From Raillietiella orientalis (Eukaryota): a stretch of 64,000 nt of DNA. How positions within the stretch are numbered: the stretch's first letter is position 1; every line of letters starts with the position of its first letter. The stretch lies in NCBI GenBank assembly GCA_036172245.1, contig JAYWIR010000021.1:2852001-2916000 (forward strand). The letters are read 5' to 3'. Of this stretch, positions 23,512 through 34,266 are shown one piece after another. The notes beneath the pieces were generated by a model. The model searched no databases and was not told where the DNA came from. It was given only the letters and a program-made list of their open reading frames with translations. Both the position numbers and the translations under genes were made by a program.

Positions 23512-25004
23512 TCATTTGTTTAATAGATAATGCTGTCTAAGTAATCTCTGCTGCAACTGTTCAACATGCTGTTCTTGCAATTCAGTTAAGGAAATAATGC
23601 GCAGAGTTGAAACATTTGGTAGACACTCAACATCCATTAAGCAATTTAGAGAGATGAGACACTGCTGCCCTCTGTTGACTTTCTGAACTACATATGTACT
23701 AAAGAATGAAAGCTGTTACTTGCCTCTATCATTTGATCACTCCTAATGTTGCCTTCACTCATCTGTTGCTTGAATTCAGCAAAACTACAAGCTGTGAACC
23801 CCAAAAGTTGAGTAATGATACTGTCATCCATGTCAGCTTCACATGACCCAGTACAGTCATTAAGTTTAACTCGTAGATACCATTGGCCATTTCGGATTTC
23901 TAGCTTGGATACCAATGTCACTAGAAATGCTTTGACTCTAAAGACACATCGAACATGACAACTACTAGGATTTGGTAGATCACTAAGATATTGAAAAGGT
24001 ATTGTCCAATCTGCCACAGGGTTTTCTTCAGGAATTGTGGAATTGAAAAGTGAATCAACCAAACAAAAATCTTGCATATTGCAGTCAGATGTTGGAACCA
24101 TTAATGCAGATTCCTGTGAATGTTCCAAAGCTTCTAATTGCTCTTCCAGAGAAGCATTAAGGACAAGCTGCTCATCTGCTCCAAACTCTGGTTCCTCAGG
24201 TTTGTCTTCCATAAATACTTCAGGCAGAGACCTTCACACATTTTACAGTCTCAAACAATTCACTTACAGATGGCGTCTTAGCACATTGCCAAAATTATGA
24301 GTCATCAAAAGTGTATCTACTTCCCCTCCTAAAATGTGAACATTTTCTGGATGCAGGAATAGCACTGATGACCTGCATTTGACAGGACCTTGGATCAGCA
24401 GCTTCTCTGGATATCATACATCTACTCTTGACATTCTAACCTTGGAGCCTGGTGTAATATTCACATCCAGTTGAGAAATAGGAGATACTTCAAGGGCAAA
24501 CACTGTCTGCTTGCCATCAGTAAGCTCCAGATACAAAACACGAGAAGGGTACATATTTGCAGGATTTCCAGTTGATGGAATATCATGATCATCATCACTG
24601 ATATCAACTTTATTTAGTTTCTGGAGTTGCATATATGCAGAACAACTGATATCTCTTGCTGACATCACCTGGAAAATAACAGTCTATATGACGACTACTA
24701 AATCTAGAACAAACACCTGTAGTGCATAAGATCTTAAAAGAGTTGTACAAGCTACATCAAGAAGCTCTGGCAATGCGGGAACCTGAATGTCTCTTAAGTC
24801 ACTCAGAAGCCACTGATGCAGAATATTTCGTTTTAGACTTTCCTCACTATTCTGATTTCCGTCAATGCATATCGGAATCAAAACTAGTCTTACTAGAATT
24901 GCAGGGTCTTGAGAATGAAGCCATTGTACACATTCCAAGCACCATTCATCTGATGTTAGAATTGGGATACTTTTAAGATACATTTGTATTGCTCCAACTT
25001 CCAT
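23512..25004 (-). CDS. RMI1: RecQ-mediated genome instability protein 1 (BTR dissolvasome subunit), 6 exons, ~428 aa
   Basis: Exons 25004-24894, 24851-24717, 24668-24441, 24401-24268, 24231-23724 and 23682-23512 join in frame (1287 nt). The product has the RMI1 N-terminal helical region (DEWCLECVQWL...QWLLSDLR), OB-fold 1 (SRVLYLELTDGKQTVFALE...PGSKLLIQGPV...LHPENVHILGGEVDTL) and the C-terminal OB-fold (PFQYLS...VKAFLVTLVSKL...W.LRVKLNDCTG...QLLGF...QQCLISLNCLM...EQHVEQLQQRL). Introns are 42, 48, 39, 36 and 41 nt. Confidence 0.93.
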
Positions 25005-25624
25005 TAAACCAAAAGTAGTCAACCTCAATAAATTTACTTGTGATTAGATTCGGGAAAAATCGGTAACATATCGTCTGCAATTAGATTTGTAAGCTATGCT
25101 TTTTTAGTGCGGCATTTCTTGTGAAACTTACATCAGAAAACTGGGATTCGACTTTGCGTATTTATAAAACTCAGGAGCCAATCGTATCTATCCATACTGA
25201 CGAAAGGTAAGCTTAAACGTTGAATACTTGAGCTTAAACCATTACACCTGATTGCATACCACTGGATTTACACGACCCAGTTTACATAACGCTGCTGAGA
25301 ACGTGTCCATCCGTAGGCTGACTGCCTATTTTGAAAACAGTTTTCTTAAATTATTTTATTTCCTAAGATGCACGCCAATAACATTAGCAGAGACGCATTT
25401 TCCCACTAGTACCTACTTGCATTAACAAGTTGAACGCTGTTCTACCAACGGCCGTACGTTTTATTCGTTCCCGCTTGAACAGTTTGCAATGCTTCTCAGA
25501 GGAGCTGCCAGACTTTGTTCTTCGTCTGAAGTCAAAACTCTGTAACATGTAAAAAATTATTTATTGATTTAGTTCTAGTTTTTCAGCGCACATTCCAGAC
25601 TCTCATCTTCTATTTTTGTAAATT

Positions 25625-25940
25625 AGAGGTTAATATTTGCTGCAGCTTCTAATGTTAACGGAAATGTTTTTGCCAATCTTACATTACTCGGATTCTTAAC
25701 ATGCATTCTTTACTGTTCACCCATCAATGTTTCCCAATTCCCAATCAACTATCATCAAGCATTTATAACTTCTGTTCTGCAAATTTGTTCTATAATACTG
25801 AGTCAAAGAGAATCTAATGTAATTAAGGTGGCTGGAAATGGATTCAGGGATATATTCAAGTTTAACATATATGCATCTGAAATAATCAACTGGATTTTCA
25901 AAAGAGTAGTTTGATAGATCAGATTCTGGGGGTTCCTTTT
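25625..25940 (-). mobile_element. Probable decayed hAT-superfamily transposase fragment
   Basis: The translation FENPVDYFRCIYVKLEYIPESISSHLNYIRF resembles the hAT 'PEDYYR..Y...LD.I...L..RF' segment. Downstream, LAKTFPLT/(frameshift)/KLQQILTS resembles the hAT C-terminal dimerisation 'TFP.I.KLLQILLT' segment. Stops and frameshifts are present and no TIRs were found. Recognised by eye only. Confidence 0.42.
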
Positions 25941-28589
25941 TTTGCAAATTTAAAGCCAACATTGCGGTGACTCATAAGGATTAGAAATGGTTGGGAATGA
26001 AGTCCTACAATAGTAATGACTAATGTGTAGTAGGTAAAACTGATTAACAAAAGAGGAATTAGATTGATTTGATGATCAAGAAACCAACAGTGACCAATAG
26101 GCATTCAAATTAGGTGGGGCAATTTTCAGTTAGAGATACTACGTGGTAGAGCCGTGGTTATATTTAGTTATCCTAGAGAAGGGAAAACGGTGGTGCTCTC
26201 ATTCAGATTTTGCTTACGAAATCGTTTACTAATGCAGATCGTTGTCTTAAATTGAGCTTTTAATTATTCATGAAAATGTTTAGAAAGTGCACTCTAGCAA
26301 CTTCACATTTCCAAGAACTCAAGATATAGAGAAAAGTATAAGATTCAGTCATATGAATCTCTTAACTAGCTCATCAGGTATTTAGTTAGCTGAGAATCTT
26401 ATAATAGAAATGCATGGATCCTATGTAATCATATTTACTGTTTGCAACTTGATTTGTGCTCACATACTTTTTAGACTTAATCACAAAATTGGCCTTTATA
26501 TTCGTGCAAGGCATCTGGCGCCATCTTTGCACGAACTCGCTGGATACATTTCAGATGATTAAATTGGCATTTTCATACTTGATTTCAGTATCCAGAACTG
26601 GATGCAATTTGAACGCATCTTAAAAGCATACACCTGCTACAGCACTGAGTAACGTCTGAATTGTATCTCATAAAAATATTTCGTACAGAATAATCAAGCG
26701 ATAATAAGAAGGTTTTCTGTCAAAGTCTTAAACTGATGAAAAATCTACTTCATATCTATAGCAGCAAATAAGCTGTGAATGTGTCTTGCAAAAGCGACTC
26801 GAAAAATATGGCTTCCACAAATAGTAATTTCGAGTTTTCAAATTAAGGAAAATATATGTATTTTTTTTTTTTTTTCAAGAAATCAAACAAAGAAAAGGTT
26901 TAGTAATAATCAATGTTTTTGTGGCGTTTTGCTATGTATGCCTAAGTGCCAAATGGTTTGAAAAACATTATTATAAAACAAAGTACGTGGAACGGGTGTT
27001 GTCAGCATAGCATTTGCATAGTTTTTATTGCATTAACTTAAAAGTGCATTGCTATGATTCCAGGTCTTTCGATGCATCATAACGTCTATTCACAGTTCCA
27101 TCAGACAATCAAACATATTGCTCTGGGTTCAAGGAAAACTACATTTCACGTTATAGTGGTACGCTCTGGTGTTTGTAAGATGGCGTTCAAAGGAGTAATC
27201 GTTGAAAAATGCGAACTTGAGTGGTAAAAAGTACATTTCTATATGAGGCATCTGCAACATATACATGATGAAAGCATGTGAATTCAGTATTGTATTATAC
27301 GAAGGACAGGATCAGCGTAACGTACAGGAAACTAGTAAAAACCTGGAAATAGGGTCTTCAAAGCTAGCAGAAAAGTATTGGATTAATTGGAAATTATGAC
27401 CCACACGTGCAAATCTTTAATGAAAACGTAATTAGCTTAATTTTCAATTAGGGTTTGCATCCTGGAAACGTTTTCAACAATGTAAATGCTTTACATCTTA
27501 CCACTTTGACTACTTGTGTAGGTGTTTTGCTATTCATTATCCTTAAAACTACAGAAAACGGTAACAGTTTGAAATCGACAGAAAAATTAGGAGACATGAT
27601 GCTGTTTCATTTTGGAAAACGCGCGTTAATTGAAACAGGGATCAATGCAAAACTCGGTTTACATTATGAACTTTAGTCTTAAAGTAATGAATCCATGGCT
27701 TAGCTAGCTTCAGCATTGGGCTAGTATTTATCTGTTGTACCTTTAAATCTTCAACATGAAAAAGCCTATTTTGACTTGGCTTTATGACAACGTAAACAAA
27801 GTGTAAAAGAGCATTTATTTCATCATGAAGTTGTAATGAAAATTTTAGGACTCTGTACAGAATAACCAAAGCTATTGCTGGGATATGTACCTATCAACAC
27901 TTAAATTCCGCATATGAAGAAAGGATTATTGCAATCAGCATTCATAATTTTTTGCTGTGAAATGTAAATAATAGTAGTCAAAACTTATGCTTAACAAACC
28001 AGAAAAAATGAAAAGTTTTTAGCATGTCCTTTCTACTGCAGAATCTACTTATTTTTGGGTACTGTACAGCTACTTGCTCTGAAATTGACTGATTATGGAA
28101 AGATTACCTCATCCATGTGAAGATAAGCGAGATCTGTCTTTTCCCTTCTTACCAGCTAATTCACCAAATTAAATTTCTGTCATTAAATGAGTTCAGAAAC
28201 TACCATACATTGAATATTGTATTCTCTCAGCAGAATCAGTCTCCTCTCCTGAGTTACTTATTTGGAAGCTGTTTCAAGAAAAATTTGATTTCAATTTCTT
28301 TCAGTTCCAGTCTCGAATTTCAAGATAAAAGGACACATGACGTTTTTCAAAAAGTTAATTAAAAAACTATCTATCATTAGTTTTGAAAACCACAGTAGCA
28401 GAAGAATAAAATAAATACAAAATGTTTGATAAGATGGGTGGTTTAATAAGTTAGTTTCAAAAATAAATTCTTTATGTACAAATATCTAGAATACACCTAA
28501 GAATAATATATAATCTCTGGGAAAATGGCAATATGGCCTTCAAAAATTAAAACCTATAAAATTTTCTTACTGCAAACCAGTAATACGTA

Positions 28590-31500
28590 TCAGAGGTTGC
28601 ATTTAGCTTGGCTCAAAATATCATTAAAAGCTTGCTCAAAGCAGGTCTTCAGTTCTGCATAACTAACCACCAAAACATTCTTCTCATCTCTTGAACTTAA
28701 GCAGATCTAAAACAATAGATAGAAATGAACTCAGTGAAAAAACTGATTACTTTATCTGGTGATCCAACATCCAACTTATTGAGGCAGTGGACAACATGAG
28801 CAAGATCTAACCAAGGTTGGCCCTCATTTGTAACTTGATGCAAAAGATAATCACGGAAAAGTTTCAACATATATCGATCTCCTGTTTCTGACCAATTGGG
28901 ATCCATATTAAGCCTTGATAGAAGTTACACTTAATATTAACAAATTGTTACATACTCTGGTCTTTCAATAATAGTACCCAATTTGACTAACAGCCTGAAC
29001 AACCGACCATTTTCCACTTCTTTGGCAAGTTCCCCTTCGATGACATCTGCTCTCATCTGTACAGCATCCAGCTGTGTATAAAAACGTGCACCAATCATAG
29101 GCATGATATCATTGATTGATTGTGCCCTATTGGTGCTATAAAGCAGGTACAAAATGAGACTCCGCAGATCAGTGGAATAATTCCGGGATACTACTTTGAT
29201 AGAAGCTTGTATATTCTCCCACTGAACAGCTAGTAATGAATTACATGCTAGAGACAAGACAAGCTTGCCCAGGGCTACCAAGTCTTCTTGCTACTGAGAA
29301 GTAAGATATCTTCACTTAATTAGAAATGTCTAACCTGATATCGTGGCACCAGGTCCATTCCATTTCCTTGGTTGGATTCAAAATCAAGTACTTCAGCCAT
29401 ACCACAACAATTAATGCGTAGTCTGGATTTGCCTGTAACCAAAATCTTAGTGGCTTCTAGAGTACGGCATGCAAGTCCTGTAGCATGAATGGTACGCAGG
29501 GCTGATGACAGCTGTATTACATAATTCCAAATCAGACTTTCTGGTAGTAAACCAGCATGCTGACGAGGCCTAGATTTGGAAATTGGCCTTCTTGCTGCTG
29601 ATTCTGAGGGAAAGCAGTTTAAGAAATTTCTTGATTGTGCTTGTTGACTAAAGTGCTTGCAATACAGAGTCTCAGCACCTGGATGGTAGTCATAGCTAAA
29701 TACAATAGCTGCAAGAAAAAGTGCAAACGCTCAGCACAATGTACAGCCTACAATGATCTCCAAATTTTTTTGTGGTGAATACCTCACGCAGCTGAACAAT
29801 ATTTGAATGGTGTAGTTTTTTCCACATCTCGACCACTGACATGAACTTAGTATTGGTCACACGGAAACCTAAATATAATTAATAATGAAGAATGATATAC
29901 ATCACCAAATACCGTGAATACGCCACAAACAATGCTTATCACCGCTCTTTATATGTGTGCTTTTGTACACACTACCTGCATACCCAAAAGTGGCGGATTT
30001 GGACACTGAAGCAGTTAATGGCTCCAGAGGACAGAGCTCATGATAATCATCTACTTCAGAAGGGAGATCTGCAAGTACACATACCGAATGTTCTGGCTTT
30101 CCAAAATAAACAAAAAAAAACAATACATATACCTGAAAACTGTTGAGGATCTGCTTGAGCCAACATCAATGATTGCTGGTGCAAGATTTCCAAACGTAAT
30201 TCATCAGGCATAAAAAATCCTGGAATGTTGGCCTTGGGTTTAAGATTAGCAAGATGACTAGGAGCACCAGCATACACTTGAAAGCTAGGCAGCACAACTG
30301 CTAGTTCTGTGTCATTTTCCACAGTTGGTGTGTCATTCATGGCTGTATAGTAATAAATGGTACCACCTACATTCTCCTACCGAGAAATTCTGTTATTTAA
30401 CAATTGTTTGACTCACCTGGAATGCTGCGACTCCCTTTGTTTCAGTGCTTTCTTCAATACTTTCAGAATCCATATGTTTGTTGAGGATTAAAGGTGATTT
30501 CCTTTGTAGGGATGGAGATGATGGAGGAGAAACATATGGTGAAACAAGGGGAGGAGTGACATTGAGATCAGAAGTAAAAGTAGATGCGTTCTGAGCTGAT
30601 CCCATATTACTGGATTTAGTACATGGATCAACAAAGAAAAAGCAGTTGGGCAAAAACGATGGCGAATTGGTGCTATTTTCCAAATCACGAAGATTTAGCA
30701 TGCACACTGACTCATCACCAGCAGTCCCATCTGCCATTCCAGTTCCCTAAATGGAAAGCATAATTTAAAAAAAAAACTACTCTAAAATACGGATCTATAT
30801 CTGATACACAAAATGCAATTGCTATGGGCCTTCTATGCAAAGAAAAAAATACTGGTAATGTTTATTAATTATTAAAACAAAAAATACCACATAATGAAAC
30901 TAAAATAATTCCAAATAATAGCATTCCAACCAGCCATAACTAACAAATAATAATTTTATTGTTGTGATAACACTCAGTTTGTAAACTAAAATAAATCATC
31001 ACATCATCTGAAAAAACCAACTGTTTGTACTTCATACAATAAAAAACACAGGAACACTTAATTTCAAACTCTTGATGCTAATTCAAACCGGTGTGACTTA
31101 CTAATTAGCATTAATAATAACACTAATTTTCATTCAAGCAAATAAATTTACTGAAGTGTAAAATATGAAAAACAAAGAATTTATTAACAGAATAGTATGA
31201 TACTTTGAGCATGCTAGTCTGCAAATAAAATAGCGTCCAGCTTCAATAGGTTTCACAGAAAAACATTACAAACTTAAATCAAAACATCTCCCCCCAAATC
31301 TATTAGTTTTTACACGAAAGTTGGACTTCAACAACCTGATAGTTGGTAAGTACATTCATTACTGTTTTCTGTCACTATTAAGTGCTATATTTAAATTGTA
31401 ATGATTTTTTTTTTTTTTTTCAAAACTTCCTTAAGTATTTGCTGCTATAATACACATAAATGCTCTTTATATAAGCAACAAGAATCAAAACATATTTCTC

Positions 31501-34266
31501 TCACTGTACCTGACTTATTCTACTTTCTCTGTTTCCAATGTACCATTTACCTTATCTTGATCACTGACTTTCAAAATGATCTTCCAGGAAAATTTAATCA
31601 TTGAATCTTTAATGTACTTTGACAGAGAGCATTATCCACCAAAATCCAAAAAATATTTTAAATTTAATTTTTTTGAATTTTTTGTTTTACATGCCATCAG
31701 TTTTAATCACATGGTTAATGGTTATTTGATCTAGTACCTTCCACATGCAATGCTAGTTACATTCTAATGATCTCACTACTAGGAACTAATTGTGTTTTTT
31801 CTGTTAATCAACATAGTTGAGCTTGTTTTATATTCAGTTAGTGATTCTTTAAAAGATCAGTAATTGCATCATTGTAAAATTAAACCAACAAAATTGGAGT
31901 TTCAATTCTTTCTTATCTAATTTCTGAAACTTCAGTCTATTTCTTTCTTTCTTTCTCTCCTGGAGATAAGGATTAATTGCAATCACTTTTCCATCACTTA
32001 TTTTAAGATGATCAGTAAAAGTCACTTACAAATGACTAAAATATATTTAGCAGATCATGATACCAATACGTTTCAGAACTTTCATTTATTCAAAAATGAT
32101 TTTTAATTTCAACAATACAATAATTACAACATTTCAATATTATACCAGCTTGAATACCATAAATGTTAATTTCAGAAGTTAACATCAAATAAACAAATTA
32201 TAATGCTGGCTTGCATAGTTTTCTGAGATTTCAAAATATGCTCCAATTGTAAAAAACTTTTTTTAAAAAAGACAGCCAAATCAACAAATCGTTATAATTT
32301 TTTTCTCTTGTGAGATACAGTTGTGTATTTAATAAGAATTTAGGTCATAACTTCTAATTACACAGAACAAATTCTAAAATTCTTTGGCAAATGGAGTTTA
32401 TCATTCTTTAATTTTTTGTGTGTAAAACATTAAACTTTATTATTCATTTACATTTTCCTCTGTTTTCCTACAAGTCTTTCTATCTTTAAATATATTCATT
32501 TTTCACTGTTTAATTTTCAAGTACTCCCTTTATTAATGTTCACTTTTAAATTAAAATCTGAGCTTCACATCTGTTTTCAATATCCTTTTTTTAATATCTA
32601 TCATCAGATTTTTGACATATTATATTGTGCATATAAGCGTATAACTGTGAAATTTTATCTAACAATATAATGTGTCTCACCTAATAGAATACATGGCATA
32701 CCAGAAAAAACAATTTTATACATCCAGCTATTAAATTCAAAGTTCTTGATCTTAATTCTATAGCAAGGATGCACTAAACCTTGATCATATGAACTCCAAA
32801 CAACACTGTGAGTTAAACTGCTAAGAGACACTTGCAAAACTTGATGACATATTTTACCAACTTCTATTTTCACAAATTCTTTTCGTACATTTGCTCTTAT
32901 GTTGAGTGAATTTTCTAAATGTGTGTTCTTCAAAGAACAAATCCATGCTTTCTAGCAATTATACTTTCTTGAAATTTGGCATTCAATACATATCATGCTC
33001 AGATCTACAATTTTCTTCTCATGAACTCGAAAAACAATTCCAAATGTGTTTTCTCTCATGTTTATACAAAGTTATTATTGAATTTGTAACTCTAACCTAA
33101 ATCAGAAATAAAACACTCAGAAACATGTTCGGAAAACAGAATCTCTGATAGTTCCATCACTCTTGTCATGAATAAAAACCCTCTCCTTCATTTCTTGTAT
33201 ATTTTTTTTCCTTTATTCATCATTTTCTCAAAAATTTCACTCTGCATGCCACATAACTCAATCCTGAAAGTTTAATATTTTTACATTTGACAATGGTTAC
33301 AAGAAGAAAACATGAAAAATACATACAGATTTTTGTACATAAAAGAAAATGCATCATTTTCTATAGAACTGTCATTTCTATGGAATTAGATTTTATTGAA
33401 TCGAATTTCCATTTCTGATTCACAATGTGTGCTCAAACAAGCCCATCAACTATTGCAAGAATACCAAAAACAATGCAAGCATACTCAGGAAATGACTTCA
33501 TGGAAATAACTCAGCAATAACTTTCATTGCTGATATGAATAACAAAAGGAGAGTACTACAAAATTGTTGTTGATAAAATTGTTTTTTCTAGGTTAAAACA
33601 AGAAATTTTAAAATCCTAAACTTTAAAAAATATTACAATATCACGACAATTACACAGCTGTACAGTACTACTTCATCAGCTGAGATTTGCTTTTCAAAAT
33701 CCAAATGCATCTTTGAATTATTCATTTTTGAAATACCTGTAATAATGAAAAATACAAACTAATCCTACTAGATAAATTTAAATTCTCACAAAATCAGGGC
33801 AAAAGCTTTGAAAACAGCTCAAATGTATGCTTTGTACTAAAAAATTATAATTATCATACAAAGAATAGAAAATGAAAATACATATAAAATAAATCACAAT
33901 CAGTCTATCACACTTGTAAAAACTTTTATGCTAAGGCAATTAAAAACTTTCTGTTAATGTGAAATAAAAGCTTTCACCACATGAGAGTTAAGATCCATTC
34001 ACCTGAGGTGATCCATTGATAGCAAGATTAGCAATACTTTTGTAAATGGGTGATGTGGCTCTAGAATCATCTTCTTTGATTTGGCGATTCTGAAAACATT
34101 AGTTTTATTTATGTACAATACAATAATTCACAGATGCATGTAAAAGCTATGCAATAATCTATAAAATTTTACCTACATTTAAATAGGTAAGAAGTTTTGA
34201 CTCTGGAGGCAAGCCATTGGTAACTAGTTTCTGGGAATCCAAGAATGGATGAGAAAAGGAATCCAT
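28590..34266 (-). CDS. PAN3: PAN2-PAN3 deadenylation complex subunit PAN3 (pseudokinase plus C-terminal knob), 10 exons, ~670 aa
   Basis: Exons 34266-34177, 34089-34003, 30746-30417, 30376-30133, 30068-29913, 29868-29752, 29708-29335, 29290-28956, 28913-28751 and 28706-28590 join in frame with GT-AG introns (2013 nt). Motifs: QENVGGTIYY, FFMPDELRLEIL, DLPSEVDDYHELCPLEP, CLWRIHGFR, YDYHPGAETL, RQHAGLLPESLIWNY, QQEDLVALGKLVLSLAC, DIMPMIGARFY, KEVENGRLFRLLVKLG, WSETGDRYMLKLFRDY, SRDEKNVLVVSYAELK. The first two exons are less certain than the core. Confidence 0.95.
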
